From positions 105,329 through 169,328 of IMG/VR virus record IMGVR_UViG_3300031857_000018: a DNA stretch of 64,000 nucleotides. The stretch is one strand, 5' to 3'. The position numbers and the translations under genes were made by a program. Source of the DNA: a virus. Of this stretch, positions 1 to 8,320 are shown in pieces. A model generated the notes under the pieces. The model was given only the letters and a program-made list of their open reading frames with translations, did no database searches and was not told the DNA's origin. Every line of letters starts with the position of its first letter. Positions within the stretch are counted from its first letter, which is position 1.

Positions 1-126
1 CGCAGCATCTAGTGCCTCATCATCAACCTGGAATGTATCATATCCGGTTAATAGTTTCGTGTACTGTGCTACTGCATACTCTGCCATTGCTTCAACGGCT
101 CCTGGAATAAATTGTGTCTTTTTCAT
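1..126 (-). CDS. small early hypothetical protein (runs off the window edge)
   Basis: ATG at 126 behind an AATAAGAGAT leader and a class-I promoter; open to base 1 (MKKTQFIPGAVEAMAEY...). Confidence 0.6.
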   Translation of the reverse strand, partial: MKKTQFIPGAVEAMAEYAVAQYTKLLTGYDTFQVDDEALDAA

Positions 127-146
127 ATCTCTTATTTTAATACTTA

Positions 147-175
147 AAGATAAGCAAAATAATGTTCGGTGTCAA
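147..175 (-). promoter_or_regulatory. class-I (early) promoter TTGACA-N17-TATCTT(TA)
   Basis: Minus strand TTGACA, exact 17-nt spacer, TATCTT; the same layout recurs before most early genes. Confidence 0.75.
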
Positions 176-187
176 CCTTTTTGCAAA

Positions 188-376
188 CTATTTTTCAGGA
201 ATCTCATCTGAGTCATACATCTCGAATTCTCCCGGACCACCTTCTTCGACAAATGATTCCTGGAACCCGTGCCCGTTTTGCACCAATGCCAATGCTTCCT
301 CTTCGGTCTCAGCAAAGATCTCATAATACTGGATTACCGTTGTTTTGATGCGCTCTTCGAATCTAAATACTTTCAT
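188..376 (-). CDS. small acidic hypothetical protein (EIFAETEEEA motif)
   Basis: ORF track 188..424; the ATG at 376 (MKVFRFEE) is the more likely start. Confidence 0.65.
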   Translation of the reverse strand: MKVFRFEERIKTTVIQYYEIFAETEEEALALVQNGHGFQESFVEEGGPGEFEMYDSDEIPEK

Positions 377-451
377 TGGTTTATTTTTTAAAGTCCTGAT
401 TATAAATGTTGCTGATGCTAACAATCAGCGCTAAAACTAAAACTATTCCTA

Positions 452-616
452 CTACCTCCATGACTCGTCGTTTGGTGGCCAAAATGATATTTGCCACCAC
501 CCACCTGCGATTCGAGTAAGCGGTCCTGCTGTGTACCCACCCGATGGGTATTTGTTCATTTCGCGGGTAAGATCCCGGAACAACTCGGCTCTGTCATTTG
601 ATTGTAATACTATCAT
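452..616 (-). CDS. small hypothetical protein (54 aa, MIVLQSNDRAELF...)
   Basis: Read by hand; ATG behind an AATAAGAGAC leader; fills the gap between neighbouring genes. Confidence 0.55.
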   Translation of the reverse strand: MIVLQSNDRAELFRDLTREMNKYPSGGYTAGPLTRIAGGWWQISFWPPNDESWR

Positions 617-628
617 TGTCTCTTATTT

Positions 629-877
629 TTAGTTTATTACCTCAGCCCAACTGCGTGTGAATCCACCCTCAATCTCATTGTATGACTTGTTTAAAGCCGT
701 TACCAATGCTGTGATGCTTTTCGGCTTCCGATTGATTTTATGATTCCAACTGTTGCCACATTCCAGGGTGTATCCAAACACATTGCCTACTAGGTACTCA
801 ACAGTACCCTCATAAATCGTTTCCCGGGATCCTGACATCCCTGACTTCGTAATCTTAACTTTAAATGATTTTGCCAT
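629..877 (-). CDS. early hypothetical protein
   Basis: ORF with AAAGAGAGAAAT leader and its own promoter. Confidence 0.75.
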   Translation of the reverse strand: MAKSFKVKITKSGMSGSRETIYEGTVEYLVGNVFGYTLECGNSWNHKINRKPKSITALVTALNKSYNEIEGGFTRSWAEVIN

Positions 878-937
878 ATTTCTCTCTTTTTAATTTTATT
901 AAAGATAAGCATTTTTAGATTAGGATCCTAATCTTTT

Positions 938-1147
938 TTAAACTTTTTTTACAATTCCTGCTGCTAAAAGTGCCTGGATAAGCTCCTCATTCGGCACAAA
1001 GCCATTCGGCATAAATTGATCCAGGTAAGTGTCGGTTACTGGTGCCTCCGCATCCAATTCCTCATTAAACTCGGCTTCCAGGATCCCTTCCAGGAACTGC
1101 GCTAGCTCTGCGGCTAGGGTAATGTCAATCTTAAATTCTCTTTCCAT
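938..1147 (-). CDS. early acidic hypothetical protein
   Basis: ORF with its own class-I promoter and AGAGAGAA leader. Confidence 0.75.
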   Translation of the reverse strand: MEREFKIDITLAAELAQFLEGILEAEFNEELDAEAPVTDTYLDQFMPNGFVPNEELIQALLAAGIVKKV

Positions 1148-1168
1148 TTCTCTCTTTTAATTTATATA

Positions 1169-1197
1169 AAGATAAGCAAAATAACCATGCGTGTCAA
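1169..1197 (-). promoter_or_regulatory. class-I promoter TTGACA-N17-TATCTT
   Basis: Minus strand ttgaca-cgcatggttattttgct-tatctt. Confidence 0.75.
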
Positions 1198-1201
1198 CCG
1201 T

Positions 1202-1411
1202 TTAGGCAACTTTTTTCAAAAAATATTTCAACTCATATTGAGCTGAGATCGGATCCTCATCATATGCTCCTCCGGCCCACTCGGCTACAAATGCACGAAA
1301 CCCATTGGAATTCTTTGTGTTGATGTCAGATGCTTTAGCTGCTGCTAATTCTTCCGCGGAAAAAGTAACCCATGTACTCAATTCCAAAAACATGTCATTC
1401 AATGTTGTCAT
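1202..1411 (-). CDS. early hypothetical protein
   Basis: ORF with its own promoter and GAGAGA leader. Confidence 0.75.
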   Translation of the reverse strand: MTTLNDMFLELSTWVTFSAEELAAAKASDINTKNSNGFRAFVAEWAGGAYDEDPISAQYELKYFLKKVA

Positions 1412-1462
1412 ATATCTCTCTTTTTAATGATACTTAAATATAAGAATAATTCTGATAGGATC

Positions 1463-1657
1463 CTAATTTTTAGGCAACTTTTTTAATAAAGTTCTTCGCT
1501 TTGCTTTTAGCTTGCGGATCTCTAAACGGCGCAGGTATGGTCCGTGGTTATAGGTGCTTCCTGCCCAAGCCATCGTCCAAACCGTGTTGTCGCGCTGAAG
1601 GCATTCAATGTGATGATCGATGCGGTCTATTGCATCCTGGATCTCTTTTGGTGTCAT
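1463..1657 (-). CDS. early basic hypothetical protein
   Basis: ORF with its own promoter and AATAAGAGAT leader. Confidence 0.7.
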   Translation of the reverse strand: MTPKEIQDAIDRIDHHIECLQRDNTVWTMAWAGSTYNHGPYLRRLEIRKLKAKRRTLLKKLPKN

Positions 1658-1738
1658 ATCTCTTATTTTTTATAATACTTAAAGATAAGCAAAATAACCA
1701 TGCGAGTCAAGCATTTTGCAAGAAAAGTTTAAACTTTT

Positions 1739-2044
1739 TTAATAATCATTTTCCAACAAAAATGCCTTGACGGATCCGGATTTATTTGCAATTAAATTTT
1801 CCATTTCTGCAACACTGCCGCGGAAATAAAATATTCTCGACTTCAAGCCCGGCACTCGGATTTCAATGCGCTGATATAATTTCTTCCACCACCCGCGTCT
1901 CAGCATATCCGCATATTTTTTATTTGGATCCTTTGATGTGTTTCGGTCATACCCAAAAACTTCGCGCTGGATCCTGGTCTCGGATGCTAACACGGTTAGG
2001 TCCAAAAAATCAACAATCTGGTTCACTGAATTTCTTTTTGTCAT
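1739..2044 (-). CDS. early hypothetical protein
   Basis: ORF with its own promoter and leader. Confidence 0.75.
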   Translation of the reverse strand: MTKRNSVNQIVDFLDLTVLASETRIQREVFGYDRNTSKDPNKKYADMLRRGWWKKLYQRIEIRVPGLKSRIFYFRGSVAEMENLIANKSGSVKAFLLENDY

Positions 2045-2122
2045 ATATCTCTCTTTTTAATTTTATTAAAGATAAGCAAAATAATATTAGGATCCTAATC
2101 TTTTAGCAAAAAAGTTTGCTGG

Positions 2123-2521
2123 CTAATTAAAGCCAACAAACCCTTTCTCTAACACAATATCTAATTCCTCTGCAATCTCTTTGAGGCGGTAATAAGCAGC
2201 CTCCTCAATCTCATCCTCAACCGTTTCTGCCACTTGGCCAATTGAATAGCCAAATCCAAATCCATAACAGGTAACAGCTTTCTGGATGCGGATCATTTCC
2301 TCAGATGCAGCGTTCTCCCAATCCATTACTAAAAAGTCTGCTTCATAAAAGTCATCCTCATCCGTTTCTTGTGAGCGCTCACATTCATCAAATGCTGTGG
2401 CCCACAATGTGTGCACTTTAGCCTTTACTACCTCAGCCACCTCATCATTGTGGTCATACATTTCGCGGCTCCATGGTTTTGTGATTTGGATCCCGTACTC
2501 TACTTTTGCTGCTTTTTTCAT
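2123..2521 (-). CDS. early acidic hypothetical protein
   Basis: 132-aa ORF; promoter at 2545-2573. Confidence 0.8.
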   Translation of the reverse strand: MKKAAKVEYGIQITKPWSREMYDHNDEVAEVVKAKVHTLWATAFDECERSQETDEDDFYEADFLVMDWENAASEEMIRIQKAVTCYGFGFGYSIGQVAETVEDEIEEAAYYRLKEIAEELDIVLEKGFVGFN

Positions 2522-2544
2522 ATTCTCCCTTTTTAATTTATATA

Positions 2545-2573
2545 AAGATAAGGTTTATTTCCGTGCGTGTCAA
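2545..2573 (-). promoter_or_regulatory. class-I promoter TTGACA-N17-TATCTT
   Basis: Exact 17-nt spacing. Confidence 0.75.
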
Positions 2574-2601
2574 CCTTTTTGGTAACTTTGTTTGAACTTT
2601 T

Positions 2602-2844
2602 TTAATCCTCATCCTCATATTCGCCAAACTCAAATTCACATTCATCAATTACTTCTTCGAAGCACTGTGCTAGCCGATCGGCTTCAGCATCACTTAATTC
2701 TGCCTCATCCAAAAAACGATCAAACACTCCTATTAATCCTTCGCTTTCAATAAAGGAATCCATTAATTCTAATGCCGAGTCTCCAGCTACATCTGTAAAG
2801 TTGTAAATTCTCCCGTACAAGTCTTGCAATTCTTCTCTTTTCAT
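2602..2844 (-). CDS. highly acidic small early protein (possible DNA mimic)
   Basis: 80 aa, very D/E-rich; own promoter. Confidence 0.75.
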   Translation of the reverse strand: MKREELQDLYGRIYNFTDVAGDSALELMDSFIESEGLIGVFDRFLDEAELSDAEADRLAQCFEEVIDECEFEFGEYEDED

Positions 2845-2918
2845 ATTTCTCTCTTTTTTTTAATTTTAATAAAGATAAGGAAAAGATCAACGCGAGTCAA
2901 CCTTTTCCCAAAGTTTTT

Positions 2919-3047
2919 TTACATATTTTTTAAATGCTTCAAAAACAATTTTTTAACTTCGGCGTCTGACATTGCGCTAAGCGTGTCAAAACTAATTCCG
3001 CATACATAGTGCAACATGTGCTCGTGCTTTTCTCTTGGTGTTTGCAT
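2919..3047 (-). CDS. small hypothetical protein (42 aa, MQTPREKHEHML...)
   Basis: Read by hand; AATAAGAGAT leader; promoter at 3072-3100. Confidence 0.55.
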   Translation of the reverse strand: MQTPREKHEHMLHYVCGISFDTLSAMSDAEVKKLFLKHLKNM

Positions 3048-3071
3048 ATCTCTTATTTTTTAATTTATATA

Positions 3072-3100
3072 AAGATAAGAATAAAAACCATGCGTGTCAA
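3072..3100 (-). promoter_or_regulatory. class-I promoter TTGACA-N17-TATCTT
   Basis: Exact 17-nt spacing. Confidence 0.75.
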
Positions 3101-3145
3101 CCTTTTTGCAAGAAAAGTTTAAAAAAAGTTTCTGAGGAATATTAT

Positions 3146-3189
3146 AAAGAAAAAGGATCCCAGGAATAAGAGAGAGAAACCCGGGATCC
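3146..3189 (-). terminator. intrinsic terminator with a 15-nt pyrimidine-rich loop
   Basis: GGAUCCCGGG/CCUGGGAUCC stem (one G-U pair) followed by UUUUUCUUU on the minus strand. Confidence 0.75.
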
Positions 3190-3513
3190 ATTCTAACACA
3201 GAGACTAGCTCTGCCTTACCTAATGCGGCCGATCCGCCGGGAGTGTCTTTCGAGCACTAGGATCCCGGACCCTGTCAGCCTTTGAGAGATATGTTGTTGG
3301 CACGTCTGATTTGTATTGCTACATCACAACCAGATTAAGATGCTACTTGATCACGTGCCTAAGTTGATTCTAAATAAAGAGCCGGAGGTGTTAGCTTAGT
3401 GCTGTCCCTGAGGAGTGCGAAGCTTGTGGTTACCGGCTCTTAATATTATGTCGTGATCCTTGCGGTCGCCTCTCTTACGGCATTTGGTTGGATCAACCTT
3501 CCTTCTTATTTAC
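3146..3513 (-). ncRNA. putative multi-domain structured ncRNA (~370 nt)
   Basis: No ORF >=60 aa; GC-richer than the flanks; promoter at 3520-3548 and terminator; stems AAGAGCCGG/CCGGCUCUU and GGCACGU/ACGUGCC; GAAA/GCAA loops on the minus strand. Confidence 0.7.
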
Positions 3514-3519
3514 TTTTAT

Positions 3520-3548
3520 ATTATATGAAATCTAAATCTAGATTCCAA
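3520..3548 (-). promoter_or_regulatory. promoter TTGGAA-N17-TATAAT driving the ncRNA
   Basis: Exact 17-nt spacing; same class as other TTGGAW promoters in the window. Confidence 0.65.
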
Positions 3549-3601
3549 CCTCGATCTAAATATTATTCTAAAAATCAATCTAAATATACATGTATATCGG
3601 T

Positions 3602-4451
3602 CTAAAAATAGACTAGGTGGTTACTCTGTATAAGTACAGAACCGAACTAAAACCCGTCTAAAAGCACTTTTCTTCTAAAAATAGGACTAAAAATAGAACC
3701 GGATTCGATCTAAAAATAACCTAGAATTGGACTAAAAATAGCGGGGAGGAGCTGGATCCTTCTAAAAATAAGAGGTATTGGTCTAAAAATAGAACCGGTT
3801 CCTTCTAAAAATAAACGCCCCTAATACGCGTGATCGAACATATACACACTATATGCACGGATCCTTCTAAAAATAAGGTACTCCGTATAGCTAGTGATCT
3901 GAACGATCGATCTAAAAATAGCGGGGAGGAGAAGCGGATATCGATCTAAAAATAGCCTATTCGTCCTCAGTCTCTTGCACATCAACTTCCATGTCCCCAT
4001 GGGACTGTTCTAATTCCAATTCGCCCGAGCTAAGCTGTTCCCAGGCTATATCCTCAGCCGCTTCTTCCGACTCTGCCTCAATCTCAGTCTCTGCATACGC
4101 ATATGAAACGCTCGACACTCTAATTATATACTTTGCCATATTCTAATTATATACTCTAAATATAAGAATAATAATTCATATATCCTAGCATTTTGTTCTA
4201 AAAATAACACGATATTGGTCTAAAAATAAACCGGAAAAGGTTGGATATTCGAATAACCTTTTTACGCACTTCTAACGAGGTCTGCGTCGTTACTGGTAAC
4301 TGTATATGCCTGGTGCCGCGATATAGAGCCTATGCCCCCCGTACTTGTTGTATTGGGAGGGAGATATATATAACCATCTTCCTTTCTGGATACTAGACAC
4401 CATTTCGTCTAAAAATAAACGGGTGCGTCTGCGTATTTTAATCTAAAAATA
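3602..4451. repeat. array of 15 direct CTAAAAATA repeats, roughly helically phased
   Basis: Copies start at 3602, 3675, 3687, 3710, 3732, 3762, 3783, 3805, 3867, 3912, 3946, 4198, 4220, 4409, 4443. Confidence 0.9.
3957..4139 (-). CDS. small acidic protein (EIEAESEEAA motif) inside the repeat array
   Basis: 60-aa ORF with its own promoter; motif resembles 188..376. Confidence 0.7.
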   Translation of the reverse strand: MAKYIIRVSSVSYAYAETEIEAESEEAAEDIAWEQLSSGELELEQSHGDMEVDVQETEDE

Positions 4452-4517
4452 ACAAGGGGATGCTGAGGAAGCTGTAGTGCTAGACACTGGGCTCACACTC
4501 TGACAGGCTACTACTAA

Positions 4518-4760
4518 TTACTGCATATAGCTTGTGATCACTTCTCCTACCATGTATGCTGCTACTCCTATCATGCCTATCACGCATATAGCTATATAGC
4601 CTAAGAATCCTGCTAACATGTACAGTTCCCAGCTAGTTGGTTCACGTCGCGTGTCTGGATCTATTAAGGGCATCATTACTCTGCCTACCAGGTACGTGAT
4701 GCTTAATATTAAAGCTATCGTTGTTATTCCTAGTATTGTCTTCATTATTATCATTTGCAT
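4518..4760 (-). CDS. small two-TM membrane protein
   Basis: Two hydrophobic segments. Confidence 0.6.
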   Translation of the reverse strand: MQMIIMKTILGITTIALILSITYLVGRVMMPLIDPDTRREPTSWELYMLAGFLGYIAICVIGMIGVAAYMVGEVITSYMQ

Positions 4761-4828
4761 TATTTTTCGTTAGAAGCTTATCCGTAACCGTACTGCTTTA
4801 CTAATTAGTTTGACAACCGGTTATCATT

Positions 4829-5917
4829 TTATTCATAGTTCCTGATTGCCGTTACCTTCGGGAAGCGTGGCTTTCCATCCGGTGTGATTTGAAAATACTT
4901 AACCGTTGCTTGCTGACCAACCAACGTGTCTCGCTCTGCCCACAATTCTTTGAGATACTCCCAACCGCCATTAACCGATGCTGTGAAGCGATCTCCGATG
5001 GCTGTTTCAAATACTAAGGCACCTACCATTCCTGACAGGTTGCCGTTGCCTTCTTCATATCCGACAATAGTATACTCTTCGTCTGTGAATGATTTGTGTT
5101 TCATCAGTGACTTGGATCTTTTGTTTTCATAAGGTGCATCTAACCGTACCATTTGTCCTTCATATCCTGCAGACATATACTCATTGTATAATTCCATTAA
5201 CTCAGTTTCAGATTCAACAAAGTCTGTAAACACAACCACACAACACGCCGGCAATGACATTTTATTCAATGCTCCGTTCCTAACGGAAAATGGTGTATGG
5301 TGTGATGGTAGATCATATACATGATATTGGATAACCGCGGCGCTGTCAATAAGATCCTGAGCCGTTGGTTTTGTCTTTTTAACTAGGGACACAATGGCAT
5401 TAAAATCATTTGCATACTTATCCGCATACAACTCTCCGTCTAGGATCAACTCCGGATCGGCTTCAAACAATGGCTTTAGGCCTTCGAAGATGTGTGGTGC
5501 TGAAATGATAGGTTTACCTGCTCTGGTCCACATACCATCGGCACGAACAATGCAACGAATGCCATCCAGCTTAGGTTGTGAATACACAGGGTATTGTACT
5601 TTGTCTGCGAAGTCTTCCCATTTGTGGGCAAGCATTGGCTTGAACATTGTGCCGCTATCTACTGCTGCAGCATCGGCAAAGTAGCCACGCTCGGTGCGCT
5701 TCTTCCATTCTGCTTTGGCTTCTGTTAAGGCTTGTTCCTCCGGTGAGGACTCATTCACTTTGCCAATGTTCTTGGCTTGGCAGAAGGTCCATTCGGTTGT
5801 GGTGATTGCTCCGTCAACATATCCGGAGTGAGTGCGGTAAGCATCGCCCATTACTTCGATGGTGTGCTCGAGTAATTTACCTGTGGTTGCTCTTTTGTAC
5901 AAGGTCTGTAATTTCAT
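4829..5917 (-). CDS. ATP-dependent DNA ligase
   Basis: KPMLA, QPKLDGIR adenylation motif, LDGELY, EGQMVR, C-terminal PRFP. Confidence 0.95.
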   Translation of the reverse strand: MKLQTLYKRATTGKLLEHTIEVMGDAYRTHSGYVDGAITTTEWTFCQAKNIGKVNESSPEEQALTEAKAEWKKRTERGYFADAAAVDSGTMFKPMLAHKWEDFADKVQYPVYSQPKLDGIRCIVRADGMWTRAGKPIISAPHIFEGLKPLFEADPELILDGELYADKYANDFNAIVSLVKKTKPTAQDLIDSAAVIQYHVYDLPSHHTPFSVRNGALNKMSLPACCVVVFTDFVESETELMELYNEYMSAGYEGQMVRLDAPYENKRSKSLMKHKSFTDEEYTIVGYEEGNGNLSGMVGALVFETAIGDRFTASVNGGWEYLKELWAERDTLVGQQATVKYFQITPDGKPRFPKVTAIRNYE

Positions 5918-5980
5918 GTCTCTTATTTTTATACTTTAAATATAAGAATTATTTTTCATATATCCTAGTATTATTCTAAT

Positions 5981-6634
5981 TTAAATCCACATAGCATGTT
6001 CTGTATATAACCGTAGTTGATGTTGATTAATGTATGGAGCTAATACGTGTTGCGATGTCGGCGTAAGCCTAAAAGTCCATGTTCTCCATACACGTTCATA
6101 ATGAAAATGAATATCAACAGGAATGTGGGTTCGTTGTGGTTTATATTCTAATTCAACCGGATAGTATGTATCAGGTGTTGCATTACTAGGAAACAAAGTA
6201 AACCATCGATACGTGCACGGAACTCCTGCAGTAATACCCATCAAACCTTTTGATATCTTCAAGCAAATTAATCGTTTCTGATCGAACGATTCCATTGGTA
6301 TATCAATATTCCTATCCGCAATATTTAATCGACCATGTTTTTCAAACTGCGTAACATCTAATACCATTGAATCTCGCGCCGGCTTGGATACACTTAAAAA
6401 ATGTGAAATGATTCGATGGTTTGGTAATATGTCATCGAATAAAATCTGTTGCACCTTAGGGTACGTCGACGTTTGCATCGATTGTTCAACCTTTGAATAC
6501 AGATCCGGATAGAATGCAGAAATAAACCGTTCAGCACCCTCGAACACAACTGGTTCTAACATCTCAATTTCTTTATGCTTTGCATCAAATGTCGCCGGAT
6601 CATATACCGGTACTCTGAATTTCATTGAACTCAT
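5981..6634 (-). CDS. hypothetical protein
   Basis: 217-aa ORF, tightly packed with neighbours. Confidence 0.7.
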   Translation of the reverse strand: MSSMKFRVPVYDPATFDAKHKEIEMLEPVVFEGAERFISAFYPDLYSKVEQSMQTSTYPKVQQILFDDILPNHRIISHFLSVSKPARDSMVLDVTQFEKHGRLNIADRNIDIPMESFDQKRLICLKISKGLMGITAGVPCTYRWFTLFPSNATPDTYYPVELEYKPQRTHIPVDIHFHYERVWRTWTFRLTPTSQHVLAPYINQHQLRLYTEHAMWI

Positions 6635-6829
6635 CTATTTGCTATTAAACCATTTTTTATAAACCTTGTTGTCTTTAATTGCAGGTGGTCGGTGACGGAG
6701 GTTAGGATCCGCCTTCATTATGCGATTGTATGCATCTTGCATATTCAGCGCCGCTTTGTTCTGATATGGCACATGTTCTTGCCGCTCATTATCAAAATTC
6801 TTATTTGGCTGAATTGCACTCATACTCAA
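6635..6829 (-). CDS. hypothetical protein
   Basis: ORF abutting its neighbours. Confidence 0.55.
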   Translation of the reverse strand: MSMSAIQPNKNFDNERQEHVPYQNKAALNMQDAYNRIMKADPNLRHRPPAIKDNKVYKKWFNSK

Positions 6830-7280
6830 CTCCTAATGCATCGATCAATGCTTTAATTGCTTCAAATTCAGTGAAGTGCAGTGATATCATTTTGCTATCT
6901 GAAATTGCAATATCCCATCCTTCGCCGTTAGTCCATTCAGTAACCTCGACATAGTCATGTTTCTTGTGCCATGCATCATGCAGATTCACAAAGGCTGATG
7001 CTCGTTTACTTAGTTCAATTTTCTTGCTATCGATCCATTCTTCGGCAGCTTCTAATCCTTCTTCTACCTTACGTTGTTTCTCAATATGCGCTCGGATATC
7101 ACCAATAGTATGAATACCTTGTGCTGAGTTATCAGTTGGATACACTTCAGTAGCATCGGGTAATAGTTCTGCTATCAAATCCGTAAACCACATTTCGGCT
7201 CCCAATACACCGCCTCCTACTCTGCGCGCGATGTCGCGGGACTCGCCATCTTTTAGTAATACTGCAAATGTTGTGCTCAT
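6801..7280 (-). CDS. hypothetical protein
   Basis: ORF; likely start MSTTFAV at 7280. Confidence 0.7.
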   Translation of the reverse strand: MSTTFAVLLKDGESRDIARRVGGGVLGAEMWFTDLIAELLPDATEVYPTDNSAQGIHTIGDIRAHIEKQRKVEEGLEAAEEWIDSKKIELSKRASAFVNLHDAWHKKHDYVEVTEWTNGEGWDIAISDSKMISLHFTEFEAIKALIDALGVEYECNSAK

Positions 7281-7284
7281 AGTC

Positions 7285-7521
7285 TTATTTTTTATCTTCA
7301 AATATATCATCGACGCCTAACAGGTTGTTGTAGGTTTCTCTCCAATTGGTAATTACTGGTTGCAACACAAAAAAAGAAACGGCACCTGCAGGAGCCCAAA
7401 CCCACCACAAATGCAATGGAGCTACTACTACGATGATAGTTGCTAATAGTCCGGTTGCTAATGTCATCACCGTAAACAAAGTTACTAGGAATCTTTTAAA
7501 CATTGTCTTCATTGTTTTCAT
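7285..7521 (-). CDS. small two-TM membrane protein
   Basis: Hydrophobic segments; start codon uncertain. Confidence 0.6.
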   Translation of the reverse strand: MKTMKTMFKRFLVTLFTVMTLATGLLATIIVVVAPLHLWWVWAPAGAVSFFVLQPVITNWRETYNNLLGVDDIFEDKK

Positions 7522-7768
7522 TTTCTTGTTGTTTTTGTTGTTCATATTCATAACGACTAACGATCAATTCTCTTTGCATTCTGCCTCGATTGCTTTCTCT
7601 GGCTTGCACCTGCTGATAGGCTTCTTCTAATTCTTCAGTGGTCATGTATGCAATCTCTCTTTGAGTTGGTGTCATGAAATCACGTGGATCAATAGACTGC
7701 TGTAATTGTTTTAACAATGCATCAAACTGCTCTTGTTCTGACATTTCTGTGTTTTGTTCTTCAGACAT
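7496..7768 (-). CDS. Q/E-rich hypothetical protein
   Basis: 90-aa ORF with an upstream promoter-like element. Confidence 0.65.
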   Translation of the reverse strand: MSEEQNTEMSEQEQFDALLKQLQQSIDPRDFMTPTQREIAYMTTEELEEAYQQVQARESNRGRMQRELIVSRYEYEQQKQQENENNEDNV

Positions 7769-7798
7769 ATTTTTATTTTATTATATGAAATTATTAGT

Positions 7799-8320
7799 TT
7801 ATTTCCAATTGATTCGGTGTGCATATACACGATTAGCATATCCGTTAACACACGGTCTTCCTGTGTTATAACAGCCAAACACTGTCTTCCAATCTCCGTA
7901 TTTGTTATACAACTTGCGAAGCACTTTCATTGATGTCATAACATTGTATTCAATATCATTGCGTAATCTTTCACGCGAAACATTGTCATGATTATTGCTA
8001 CGAGCAGTTGGTAACATGATTTGCATAGGTCCTAAGGCTCCTGCTGATGATCCTTGTGCGTGATTATAGTTCCAATGAAAAGGACCATTGTAGCCTGTTT
8101 CTGCTGCAGCAATGCCATATGCATAACGCTTTGGAATGTTAAACGAATCTGCATATCGTTCAATATGAAAATACATTTGCATACACGGAGGATCCTGTGT
8201 GGTAACTGCTTTATATTCTCGAATTGTTTCTGTTTGAATTGGTACCGACTCGGTGTTATCAAATGAAACGATAGCAGCCGCACCTCCGGCTACTATCATT
8301 AGAATCTTAAATCTAATCAT
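7799..8320 (-). CDS. lytic transglycosylase (SLT domain) with N-terminal anchor
   Basis: Catalytic AET, GALGPMQIMLPTA, YNTG motifs. Confidence 0.9.
   Translation of the reverse strand: MIRFKILMIVAGGAAAIVSFDNTESVPIQTETIREYKAVTTQDPPCMQMYFHIERYADSFNIPKRYAYGIAAAETGYNGPFHWNYNHAQGSSAGALGPMQIMLPTARSNNHDNVSRERLRNDIEYNVMTSMKVLRKLYNKYGDWKTVFGCYNTGRPCVNGYANRVYAHRINWK

Noticed and set aside
3291-3338. Plus-strand 15-codon ORF after GAGAGAT-ATG
   Set aside because: It is very short, has no evident plus-strand promoter, and the G-U pairs and tetraloops favour a minus-strand RNA. Not fully excluded.
3602-4451. CRISPR or TIGR-like array
   Set aside because: The repeat is only 9 bp, the intervening sequences are irregular (3-64 nt within clusters) and partly duplicated, and no cas- or Tas-like gene is nearby.
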